Source of the DNA: Desulfobacterales bacterium
GTDB lineage: Bacteria > Desulfobacterota > Desulfobacteria > Desulfobacterales > UBA5616
Assembly: GCA_046483495.1 (NCBI GenBank)
Contig: JAWODC010000080.1
Span: 1-13,909, forward strand
Length of the DNA stretch: 13,909 bases
Reading direction: 5' to 3'
In this document: positions 1 to 8,262 of the stretch, one piece after another
Layout: each line of letters opens with the position of its first letter
Numbering within the stretch: the stretch's first letter is position 1
Notes under the pieces: model-generated
Databases searched by the model: none
What the model was told of the DNA's origin: nothing
Seen by the model: only the letters and a program-made list of their open reading frames with translations
Translations under genes and position numbers: made by a program

Positions 1-192
1 TATTTTCGGACGACGGACGTTACGGGTGTATTGACGCTGCCTGAGGGCGTAGAGATGGTGATGCCGGGTGACAACATATCGATTTCGGCCGAGTTGATCA
101 CCCCGATTGCGATGGAGAAAGAGGTTCGATTCGCCATTCGGGAAGGCGGTCGTACGGTCGGTGCCGGCGTGGTCAGCGACATAATCGAGTAG
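1..192 (+). CDS. tuf: Elongation factor Tu, 3' end (partial, cut by window start)
   Basis: Frame 1 translates as [63 protein letters not shown], the canonical EF-Tu C-terminus; TAG at 190-192. Not in the supplied ORF track. Confidence 0.98.
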   Translation, partial: YFRTTDVTGVLTLPEGVEMVMPGDNISISAELITPIAMEKEVRFAIREGGRTVGAGVVSDIIE

Positions 193-211
193 GTACCTAA
201 GGAGCAGTCAG

Positions 212-364
212 GTGAGAGTAATCGTAACGCTAACATGCAGCGAGTGCAACAGGCGAAATTATACGACAACCAAGAACAAAAGAACGACACCGGATAAGCT
301 GGAATTCAACAAGTATTGTCGTTTTTGCAGAAAGCACACGCCGCACAAAGAGACAAAAAAATAG
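212..364 (+). CDS. rpmG: 50S ribosomal protein L33, zinc-binding (C+) type, 50 aa
   Basis: GTG at 212 after SD AAGGAG (199-204); [50 protein letters not shown] with two CxxC motifs; usual position between tuf and secE. Too short for the ORF track. Confidence 0.96.
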   Translation: MRVIVTLTCSECNRRNYTTTKNKRTTPDKLEFNKYCRFCRKHTPHKETKK

Positions 365-418
365 AAACACGAATTCCTACAATATACACAGACAGTAGGA
401 CCGGTTGTAATTTGATGC

Positions 419-494
419 AGGCCAGTAGCTCTAACGGTAGAGCGTCGGACTCCAAATCCGGGTGTTGGGGGTTCGAATCCCTCCTGGCCTGCCA
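419..494 (+). tRNA. tRNA-Trp (anticodon CCA)
   Basis: 76-nt cloverleaf: acceptor stem AGGCCAG (419-425)/CTGGCCT (484-490); anticodon arm TCGGA-CTCCAAA-TCCGG with CCA at 452-454; T-loop GTTCGAATC; discriminator G and encoded CCA end (492-494). Typical rpmG-tRNA-Trp-secE context. Confidence 0.97.
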
Positions 495-591
495 AATTTT
501 TTTGAATGGCGGCTCAAAGTTTTTACAAGGTTCGGGTAATTTCAAGATAATATCCATTTAAACTTTGAGCTTTCTCTATTCTGGGAGAGTA

Positions 592-984
592 ATGGGACGG
601 TTACAACGAAAAAAATCATCAGGAGCCAAAAAGAAAAAACGCCAGGACACTGCACCGGCTGAACAAGCCGCGGAAAAGAACCCCTCCGCCCCTAAATCGG
701 CGGGTATTCTCCGGACGGTGGGGAAAAATCCCGGTTCGAGACCCGGACAGGGGGCCGTTGCAGCAAGGCCGAAAGCCGAGCCGGGCCGCATCAAAGCCGG
801 CTTTGAAAAAAGCGTTCAATTCTTGCGTGAAGTTAAAGTCGAGTTGAAAAAAGTGGCTTGGCCGTCACGAAAACAAACGATTGGATCCACTGCTGTCGTC
901 CTGGTACTGGTTTTGATCATCTCCGCATTTTTAGGCCTGGTGGATTTTGGCCTGTCGGGTCTCATACGGCAGGTCCTTCAATAA
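592..984 (+). CDS. secE: Preprotein translocase subunit SecE, single-TM type with long N-terminal extension, 130 aa
   Basis: C-terminal FLREVKVELKKVAWPSRKQT motif followed by one hydrophobic helix. ATG 592 is preferred over the track's TTG 565 because GGGAGAG (583-589) precedes it; the start is uncertain. Confidence 0.93.
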   Translation: MGRLQRKKSSGAKKKKRQDTAPAEQAAEKNPSAPKSAGILRTVGKNPGSRPGQGAVAARPKAEPGRIKAGFEKSVQFLREVKVELKKVAWPSRKQTIGSTAVVLVLVLIISAFLGLVDFGLSGLIRQVLQ

Positions 985-1001
985 GTGATCAGGAGAACAA
1001 A

Positions 1002-1532
1002 GTGGCTTTAAAATGGTATATCGTCCATGTTTATTCCGGATTCGAAAATAAGGTCAAGAAAGCTTTGGAGGAGCGAATCGCCTCCTCGCCGTACCCGGAA
1101 AAATTTGGTGAAGTACTCGTTCCGACCGAGCAGATCGTAGAGCTCGTTAAGGGGAAACGGAGGGAGTCTTCCCGAAAATTTTATCCCGGATATATATTGG
1201 TGAAAATGCATCTGGATGATGAAACATGGCACGTCGTCAACGATACCGCCAAGGTGACCGGATTTCTGGGTGGAAGAAACAAGCCGACCCCTCTGACGGA
1301 TGAAGAAGCCGATTATATTTTAAACCGAATGGAGGCGGGGAAGCTCAAGCCCAAACCCAAATTTTTCTTTGAAGCCGGCGATGAAATAAGGGTGATCGAC
1401 GGACCATTCGCGAATTTTAACGGAACGGTCGAAGAAGTAAATCCTGAAAAGGGAAAAATCAGGGTGCTGGTGAGCATATTTGGGAGGTCCACACCGGTTG
1501 AACTGGAATTCGTCCAAGTGACAAAAATTTGA
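1002..1532 (+). CDS. nusG: Transcription termination/antitermination factor NusG, 176 aa
   Basis: KWYIVHVYSGFENKV, FYPGYILV and KOW domain VIDGPFANFNGTVEEV...VSIFGRSTPVELEF. GTG 1002 follows SD AGGAG (991-995); the track's 858 start overlaps secE and was rejected. Confidence 0.97.
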   Translation: MALKWYIVHVYSGFENKVKKALEERIASSPYPEKFGEVLVPTEQIVELVKGKRRESSRKFYPGYILVKMHLDDETWHVVNDTAKVTGFLGGRNKPTPLTDEEADYILNRMEAGKLKPKPKFFFEAGDEIRVIDGPFANFNGTVEEVNPEKGKIRVLVSIFGRSTPVELEFVQVTKI

Positions 1533-1647
1533 AAAGCGGCATCCTTGCCGCCGGGGGGTAGAGCGGCCGGCGCTTGACGGATGTGCGGCGAACGAGCTGG
1601 AATCGGTGCCGCAGCCGCATATGTGAAGATCAGGAGTATAGTGACAC

Positions 1648-2073
1648 ATGGCAAAAAAGGTAATGGCTCAGATCAAATTGCAGGTTATGGCGGGGAAAGC
1701 GAACCCATCCCCCCCTATCGGCCCCGCGTTGGGACAGCATGGCGTTAACATTATGGATTTTTGTAAAGCCTTCAACGCACGGACCGCCGGTGAGGAAGGG
1801 ATGATTATTCCGGTCGTTATTACCGTTTATCAGGACAGGTCCTTTACATTTATAACAAAAACACCGCCGGCTGCCGTTTTGCTGAAAAAAGCGGCAAAAA
1901 TTGCCAAGGGTGCCGGAGACCCGAAAAGGGACAAAGTCGGCCAGGTGACCTCGGAACAGGTTGAGGAAATCGCTAAACAGAAAATGGTGGACTTAAATGC
2001 CGATAATTTGGAGGCAGCCTGCAAAATTATCGCCGGTACAGCCCGAAGCATGGGTATAGAAGTCGCCGGTTAG
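1648..2073 (+). CDS. rplK: 50S ribosomal protein L11
   Basis: [44 protein letters not shown]...[17 protein letters not shown] upstream. Confidence 0.98.
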   Translation: MAKKVMAQIKLQVMAGKANPSPPIGPALGQHGVNIMDFCKAFNARTAGEEGMIIPVVITVYQDRSFTFITKTPPAAVLLKKAAKIAKGAGDPKRDKVGQVTSEQVEEIAKQKMVDLNADNLEAACKIIAGTARSMGIEVAG

Positions 2074-2093
2074 AAAAGGAGCAAGAGAGATAA

Positions 2094-2798
2094 ATGCCGA
2101 AGCGGGGTAAACAATATACAGAGGCAAAGAAAAAGGTCGACACCCAGGGCCGGCATGGTTTTGAGGATGCGGTAAAGATGGCGATAGAGGGGTCATATGC
2201 CAAATTCGATGAGACGCTCGATATCGCCGTACGCCTTGGAGTCGATCCGAGACATGCCGATCAAATGGTTCGGGGCACTGTTGTGCTGCCCAACGGCCTT
2301 GGTAAGGAAGTCAGAGTGCTGGTGTTCGCAAAAGGTGAAAAAGAAAAAGAGGCTCTCGAGGCGGGTGCGGATTATGCCGGCAGCGAAGATTTGGTCGAAA
2401 AGATAAAGGAAGGGTGGTTGGAGTTCGATAAAGCCGTGGCAACGCCGGACATGATGGGGTCGGTGGGGAAAATCGGCAAAATCTTAGGCCCCCGCGGCTT
2501 GATGCCGAATGCCAAAACAGGAAGTGTGACGTTTGACGTCGCCAGGGCAGTCAACGAGCTTAAAGCGGGTAAAATCGATTTTCGCGTTGAAAAGGCCGGA
2601 ATTGTACATGTTCCGATGGGAAAAGTATCCTTTGGAATCGAAAAACTCTTACAGAATGTCACCGCATTTATGGAGAACATCGTCAGGCTTAAACCGGCTT
2701 CAAGCAAGGGAACCTATCTCAAAGGTATTGCCATATCCACCACCATGGGACCGGGAATTAAAGTGGACACCGCTGCCGTCAAGGAACTGGTGAAATAA
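2094..2798 (+). CDS. rplA: 50S ribosomal protein L1
   Basis: [47 protein letters not shown] and [11 protein letters not shown] motifs. Confidence 0.98.
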   Translation: MPKRGKQYTEAKKKVDTQGRHGFEDAVKMAIEGSYAKFDETLDIAVRLGVDPRHADQMVRGTVVLPNGLGKEVRVLVFAKGEKEKEALEAGADYAGSEDLVEKIKEGWLEFDKAVATPDMMGSVGKIGKILGPRGLMPNAKTGSVTFDVARAVNELKAGKIDFRVEKAGIVHVPMGKVSFGIEKLLQNVTAFMENIVRLKPASSKGTYLKGIAISTTMGPGIKVDTAAVKELVK

Positions 2799-2916
2799 GA
2801 AATTTTTCTGCGCCCGGTGTGGTGAACAAACGAGACGCAACTCAGATCGGAAAATACGGCTTTTCTGCTTTCGTGTTCGGCCGTGCACGGGGTTCGGCAA
2901 TTGAAAAAACGAAAAA

Positions 2917-3020
2917 CCTGTCAAAGACCGTAGGTGCATTGTGGTTATGTTTAATCGGCTATGCCGGCCTACCGAGATGGGCATATCGATTCATATACGA
3001 TGAATGGCCTCCGGTTTTTT
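2917..3020 (+). promoter_or_regulatory. Ribosomal protein L10 leader (autoregulatory RNA upstream of rplJ-rplL)
   Basis: Recognisable leader core AAGACCGTAGGTG (2924-2936)...TTAA (2951-2954)...CCTACCGAGA (2968-2977), with GTAGG/CCTAC pairing, directly upstream of rplJ. Boundaries approximate; no covariance model was run. Confidence 0.8.
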
Positions 3021-3048
3021 GCAGCTGAAGGAGGGAGGTGTTAAACAC

Positions 3049-3570
3049 GTGAAGCTCGATGAAAAAAAACGTTTGGTCGAAGAGCTCAAGGAAAAGTTTT
3101 CGAAGTCCAAGATTCTCATCGTCCTCGATTACAAGGGTCTCAATGTCGAGGCCATGAACACGATGAGAAAAAAGCTTCGGGACAGCAGTGTCGAATGCAA
3201 GGTCATCAAGAACACCCTGCTTGTCAGGGCTGCCGATCAGACTGAAGTCGATCGGATCAAAGATTCGTTCAAGGGACCCAGCGCAGTAGTCTTGAGCTAC
3301 GAAGACCCGGTAGCCCCGGCCAAGGTGCTGGTGGAATTTGCAAAGAACAATAAAAACCTGGAATTCAAAAAAGGAATCATGGCCGGCAAGGTGCTGGAAG
3401 CACAGGATATCAGGGCCCTGTCGGAATTGCCGTCCAGGGAGGTTCTCATTGCAAAGGCATTATCCGCACTGATCGGGGTGCCCACTGCGTTCGTTCGGGT
3501 ATTGAACGGGGTGCCTCAAGGGCTGCTGAATGTGCTGACGGCAATAAAAGAGCAAAAAGAAGCTGCATAA
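3049..3570 (+). CDS. rplJ: 50S ribosomal protein L10, 173 aa
   Basis: DYKGLNVEAMNTMRKKLR, KVIKNTL, DPVAPAKVL and LSELPSREVL motifs. GTG 3049 lies 8 nt after SD GGAGGTG (3034-3040); the track's ATG 3004 falls within the leader. Confidence 0.96.
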   Translation: MKLDEKKRLVEELKEKFSKSKILIVLDYKGLNVEAMNTMRKKLRDSSVECKVIKNTLLVRAADQTEVDRIKDSFKGPSAVVLSYEDPVAPAKVLVEFAKNNKNLEFKKGIMAGKVLEAQDIRALSELPSREVLIAKALSALIGVPTAFVRVLNGVPQGLLNVLTAIKEQKEAA

Positions 3571-3630
3571 AGAAAACAAGAGGGGGATATCCCCCTATGC
3601 TGATGCAAAAAACGTGGAGGTATAAAAACA

Positions 3631-4020
3631 ATGGCTGATATTACAAAACAAGATGTAATCGATTTTATTGCGAACATGTCGGTTCTGGATCTGTCTGAAC
3701 TGGTGAAGGAGCTGGAGGAAAAATTCGGAGTTTCCGCTGCGGCGCCTGTCGCCATGATGCCGGGAGGTGCCGTTGAAGGTGCCGCCCCCGGGGCCGCGGC
3801 CGAGGAAAAAACCGAATTCGATGTTGTGTTGACAGCTTTCGGGGACAAGAAAATACAGGTCATCAAGGAGGTTCGCGCAGTAACAGGACTGGGGCTTAAA
3901 GAAGCAAAAACACTGGTTGAAGGCGTGCCCGCACCGGTAAAGGAAGGCGTTCTCAAAGATGAAGCCGAAAAGATTAAAGCCCAATTGGAAGAAGCCGGCG
4001 CCCAGGTTGAGATTAAATAG
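3631..4020 (+). CDS. rplL: 50S ribosomal protein L7/L12
   Basis: [24 protein letters not shown], Ala/Gly hinge, [38 protein letters not shown] upstream. Confidence 0.98.
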   Translation: MADITKQDVIDFIANMSVLDLSELVKELEEKFGVSAAAPVAMMPGGAVEGAAPGAAAEEKTEFDVVLTAFGDKKIQVIKEVRAVTGLGLKEAKTLVEGVPAPVKEGVLKDEAEKIKAQLEEAGAQVEIK

Positions 4021-4071
4021 GGGATCGATGACGCGCGGGTGTTCTGAAGACCTGGCGGCCGGAAAAACATC

Positions 4072-4112
4072 GACGACGGGCGGGCGGCCGACCCCGCCCG
4101 TCACCGTCATTT
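4072..4112 (+). terminator. GC-rich hairpin between rplL and rpoB (possible attenuator or processing site)
   Basis: Perfect 10-bp stem GACGGGCGGG (4075-4084)/CCCGCCCGTC (4093-4102) with an 8-nt loop, extendable by GAC/GTC across a 3-nt bulge. Only a short ATTT follows, so termination would be weak. Confidence 0.4.
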
Positions 4113-4147
4113 AGACGCAAATTAAGAAACACATATTTGGAGATACT

Positions 4148-7100
4148 ATGGCCAAAAGCCCTATGGCAAGCAAACGCATCAGGAAAAACTTCGGCAAAAT
4201 TAAAAAAATTGTGGATATGCCGGACCTTATCGGCATTCAACGGGACTCCTACGATCGCTTTCTGCAAAAGGATGTTCCACCTTCGGAACGAAAGGATATC
4301 GGTCTGCAGGCCGTCTTTCAATCTGTTTTTCCCATAAAAGATTTTACCGGAAGCGCTTCCCTTGAGTTTGTATCCTACCGGTTCGGCTCTGTCAAGCACA
4401 GCGTACAGGAATGCATCCACCGGGGGATGACTTATGAAATACCCATTCGAATCACGGTACGGCTTGTCGTCTATGATGTGGACAAGGAGACCGGGTTTTC
4501 GAATATTCGAGACATTAAGGAGCAGGAAATATATTTTGGAACCATTCCGTTGATGACCGAAAAGGGAACCTTCATCATCAACGGCACGGAGCGTGTTGTG
4601 GTCAGTCAGCTCCATCGATCCTCAGGTGTATTTTTCGACCATGACCGCGGAAAAACCCATTCATCGGGCAAGGTGATCTATAGTTCGAGAATAATTCCGG
4701 TCCGCGGATCCTGGATTGATATGGAAATCGATCCCAAAGACATCGTCTTTATCAGAATCGACAGGCGCAGAAAATTTCCGGTCACCATTTTATTCAAGGC
4801 GCTGGGTTATTCGACGGAAGATCTCCTGGAATATTTTTACCAGAAGGAAAAGGTTTTCCTCAAAGGCGATCAGGTGACCAAAGCCTTCAATGAAGCATAT
4901 TTGAAAGGTCAACGGGGCGGCAAAGACATCGTAGACCCTAAAACGGGAGAAGTCATATCCAAGGCGGGCCGGCTTATCACCCAGCGTGCCATACGGCAGA
5001 TGAAATCGGCCGGCATCAAAGAAATACCCGTTGAATTGGAGGATATCATCGGGAAGGCCTTCGCCCGGGCAATCCCCCATCCCGAGACCGATGAGATCAT
5101 TGTGAAAGCCAATGAAAGCGTTACTGAAGAGAATCTCGCAAAACTTTCGGAAGCAGGCGTTGCGGAATTCGACCTGTTGTATATCGGTGGTGTGACCATC
5201 AGTGATTCCATTCGCAAGACCCTCCTGATGGACAAGGTGGAGACAAAGGAGGAAGCACTGATCGAAATTTACCGCAGGCTGCGGCCGGGCAATCCGGCGA
5301 CACCGGAAGTCGCCCAGGACTTCATCGACCATCTTTTCTTTAAATCCGCGTATTATGACCTTTCGGGAGTGGGAAGACTGAAGATTAATTTGCGGCTGGG
5401 AATCGAATCTTCCCTGGATTTGAGAACACTGCGCAAGGAAGATATTCTGCTGACCGCAAAAACCCTTGTTGAACTAAGAGATACACAGGGGGCCGTGGAT
5501 GATATCGATCACCTCGGCAATCGTCGTGTCAGGGCGGTAGGCGAACTCCTGGAGAATCAGTACCGCATTGGATTGGTTCGCATGGAGCGTGCCATAAAAG
5601 AGCGCATGAGCCTTCAGGAAGTGGATGCGCTGATGCCTCATGACCTGGTCAATCCCAAGCCGGTTTCGGCCGTCGTCAAGGAATTTTTCGGAACGAGCCA
5701 GCTTTCCCAGTTTATGGACCAGACCAATCCGCTGTCGGAAACCACCCACAAGCGGCGCTTGAGCGCCCTTGGCCCGGGAGGCCTGACAAGAGAGCGTGCG
5801 GGATTCGAAGTGCGGGATGTCCACCCGTCGCATTACGGCCGTATTTGCCCGATCGAAACGCCGGAAGGTCCGAATATCGGGTTGATCGTATCCTTGAGCA
5901 CGTACGCCCGGGTAAACGAATACGGGTTTATCGAAACGCCTTACCGACTCGTTCACAACTCCACCGTATCCGAGAAGGTGAAGTTCCTAAGCGGATTTGA
6001 AGAGCAGAATCACCCCATTGCGCAAGCCAATGCCCCGATCGATGAGAAAGGCAAATATGTCAACCCCGTGGTTACCTCACGGGTGGCCGGAGAATTGACA
6101 ATGATGAAACGGGAGGATATCGAGCTGATGGATATCTCGCCCAATCAGCTTGTCAGTGTTTCGGCGTCACTGATCCCATTTTTGGAAAATGACGACGCCA
6201 ATCGCGCATTGATGGGATCCAACATGCAGCGGCAGGCCGTACCCCTGCTGGTAAATCAGGCGCCCCTGGTTGGAACGGGGGTTGAAGAAATTGTAGCAAA
6301 GGATTCCGGGGTGGCGATCGTCGCTAAAAAAGACGGTCTGGTTGTCTATGTCGATGCTTCACGAATTGTTTTGAAGCATGACGATGAATCGGCCGGAGAC
6401 GGAAAAAATCTCCCGGTGACCGTCTACAATCTGTCAAAATTCGTTCGATCCAACCAGAATACGTGTTTCAACCAACGCCCCATCGTAAAAAAGGGACAAC
6501 GGGTCAAGGCCGGGGAAATCATTGCGGACGGGCCGGCTACGGAAAAAGGCGAGCTGGCATTGGGAAAGAATATCACCGTCGCTTTTATGCCGTGGGGCGG
6601 ATACAATTTCGAAGATTCCATATTGGTCGGCGAGCGTCTGCACCGGGAAGGCGTTTATACCTCCATTCATATCGAGGAATTCGAGGTGGTTGCCCGAGAC
6701 ACGAAACTCGGCAAGGAAGATATAACGCGTGATATACCGAATGTCGGTGATGAGGCATTGAAGGACCTCGATGAAAGCGGCATCGTCCGTTTGGGTGCCG
6801 AGGTCGGGCCAGGGGATATCCTGGTGGGAAAAATCACGCCTAAAGGGGAAACCCAGCTGTCTCCCGAGGAGAAATTGCTGAGGGCGATTTTCGGAGAAAA
6901 GGCCGGTGATGTAAAGGACACCTCCTTGCGCGTGCCCCCCGGTGTTCAGGGAACCGTCATCGATGCGAAAGTCTTTTCAAGAAGAGGTGTTGAAAAAGAC
7001 ACCCGGCTTCAGTACATCGAAAATGAAGAAATTGCGGTAATGGAAAAAAACCGTGATGACAAACTCGCCGTCATCAGAGAGGTGGCCCGGGAAAAAATTA

Positions 7101-8242
7101 TGGAGGTACTTGACGGCCAGACGGCACAGACGCCGATAAAAAAAGGCAAAAAAACCCTTGTCGCAAAAGGAGAGACCATCGGCAAGAATCTTTTGAACGA
7201 ATTCGATGTGGCGGATTTTGAAGGCATCGTTCTGGAAGATGCTGAAAAAACGGAAACCATTCATAATCTATTGGAGATCTATCGGAATCAGTCCAAGGCA
7301 TGCCGGGATGCGTTCGAAGAGCAGGTCGCCCAATTTGAAAAAGGGGATGATCTTCCCCCCGGCGTTATCAAGATGGTCAAAGTCTACGTGGCCATGAAAC
7401 GAAAATTATCCGTCGGCGACAAAATGGCCGGACGTCATGGCAACAAAGGCGTTGTTTCAAGGATTTTACCGCAGGAGGACCTTCCCTATTTCGAAGACGG
7501 GACGCCGGTGGACATGATCCTGAATCCGCTTGGTGTACCTTCGCGTATGAACGTGGGCCAGGTGCTCGAAATTCACTTAGGGCTCACTGCCAAAGGACTC
7601 GGCGATCAGATCAACCAACTGATCGAAGCACACAAAAACGATGAACTCCGCAAAAAGCTCAAGAAGATTTTTTCGGATCATGAAACGCATGCCATGATCG
7701 ACGGAATGCATGATGACGAAATGAGCGAATTTGCGAAAAACTACAAGGACGGCGTACATATGGCAACGCCGGTGTTCGATGGCGCCAAAGAGAATGAAAT
7801 CAAGGACCTGTTGGAGGAGGCCGGATTGTCGACGAACGGTCAGGCCGTTTTATATGACGGACGGACAGGGGAGCCGTTTCATAATAAAGTGACGGTGGGA
7901 ACCATGTATGTCATGAAGCTCCACCATTTGGTCGACGATAAAATCCATGCCCGATCCATCGGACCGTATTCGCTCGTCACCCAGCAGCCCCTTGGCGGGA
8001 AGGCCCAATTCGGCGGCCAGCGGCTGGGGGAAATGGAGGTGTGGGCTATGGAAGCCTACGGCGCGGCGCATGCCCTTCAGGAATTTTTAACCGTAAAATC
8101 CGATGACATGGCCGGAAGAACCCGCATGTACGAAAAAATTGTCAAAGGGCAGAACGTGCTTGAACCGGGCATTCCCGAATCATTCAAGGTATTGATGAAA
8201 GAACTGCAAAGCCTGGGTTTGGATATAACCCTCATGGAATAA
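4148..8242 (+). CDS. rpoB: DNA-directed RNA polymerase subunit beta, 1364 aa
   Basis: [63 protein letters not shown] and [19 protein letters not shown] motifs. Confidence 0.99.
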   Translation: MAKSPMASKRIRKNFGKIKKIVDMPDLIGIQRDSYDRFLQKDVPPSERKDIGLQAVFQSVFPIKDFTGSASLEFVSYRFGSVKHSVQECIHRGMTYEIPIRITVRLVVYDVDKETGFSNIRDIKEQEIYFGTIPLMTEKGTFIINGTERVVVSQLHRSSGVFFDHDRGKTHSSGKVIYSSRIIPVRGSWIDMEIDPKDIVFIRIDRRRKFPVTILFKALGYSTEDLLEYFYQKEKVFLKGDQVTKAFNEAYLKGQRGGKDIVDPKTGEVISKAGRLITQRAIRQMKSAGIKEIPVELEDIIGKAFARAIPHPETDEIIVKANESVTEENLAKLSEAGVAEFDLLYIGGVTISDSIRKTLLMDKVETKEEALIEIYRRLRPGNPATPEVAQDFIDHLFFKSAYYDLSGVGRLKINLRLGIESSLDLRTLRKEDILLTAKTLVELRDTQGAVDDIDHLGNRRVRAVGELLENQYRIGLVRMERAIKERMSLQEVDALMPHDLVNPKPVSAVVKEFFGTSQLSQFMDQTNPLSETTHKRRLSALGPGGLTRERAGFEVRDVHPSHYGRICPIETPEGPNIGLIVSLSTYARVNEYGFIETPYRLVHNSTVSEKVKFLSGFEEQNHPIAQANAPIDEKGKYVNPVVTSRVAGELTMMKREDIELMDISPNQLVSVSASLIPFLENDDANRALMGSNMQRQAVPLLVNQAPLVGTGVEEIVAKDSGVAIVAKKDGLVVYVDASRIVLKHDDESAGDGKNLPVTVYNLSKFVRSNQNTCFNQRPIVKKGQRVKAGEIIADGPATEKGELALGKNITVAFMPWGGYNFEDSILVGERLHREGVYTSIHIEEFEVVARDTKLGKEDITRDIPNVGDEALKDLDESGIVRLGAEVGPGDILVGKITPKGETQLSPEEKLLRAIFGEKAGDVKDTSLRVPPGVQGTVIDAKVFSRRGVEKDTRLQYIENEEIAVMEKNRDDKLAVIREVAREKIMEVLDGQTAQTPIKKGKKTLVAKGETIGKNLLNEFDVADFEGIVLEDAEKTETIHNLLEIYRNQSKACRDAFEEQVAQFEKGDDLPPGVIKMVKVYVAMKRKLSVGDKMAGRHGNKGVVSRILPQEDLPYFEDGTPVDMILNPLGVPSRMNVGQVLEIHLGLTAKGLGDQINQLIEAHKNDELRKKLKKIFSDHETHAMIDGMHDDEMSEFAKNYKDGVHMATPVFDGAKENEIKDLLEEAGLSTNGQAVLYDGRTGEPFHNKVTVGTMYVMKLHHLVDDKIHARSIGPYSLVTQQPLGGKAQFGGQRLGEMEVWAMEAYGAAHALQEFLTVKSDDMAGRTRMYEKIVKGQNVLEPGIPESFKVLMKELQSLGLDITLME

Positions 8243-8262
8243 ATGAAAAGGAGGGGCTTCTT

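Noticed and set aside
259..561. ORF-track entries 259..495(-), 306..557(-) and 316..561(+)
   Set aside because: They overlap rpmG and tRNA-Trp; translations such as AGQEGFEPPTPGFG are the typical shadow of an antisense tRNA.
858..1001. N-terminally extended NusG (224 aa) from the ORF track
   Set aside because: The extension overlaps the secE core in another frame; GTG 1002 has a good SD and gives a normal-length NusG.
1574..1603. Promoter for rplK (TTGACG at 1574-1579)
   Set aside because: The only candidate -10 (TGGAAT, 18-nt spacer) is poor and the context is GC-rich.
5680..5790. Possible rifampicin-resistance substitutions in rpoB cluster I
   Set aside because: [26 protein letters not shown] retains the residues equivalent to E. 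coli Q513, D516, H526 and S531.
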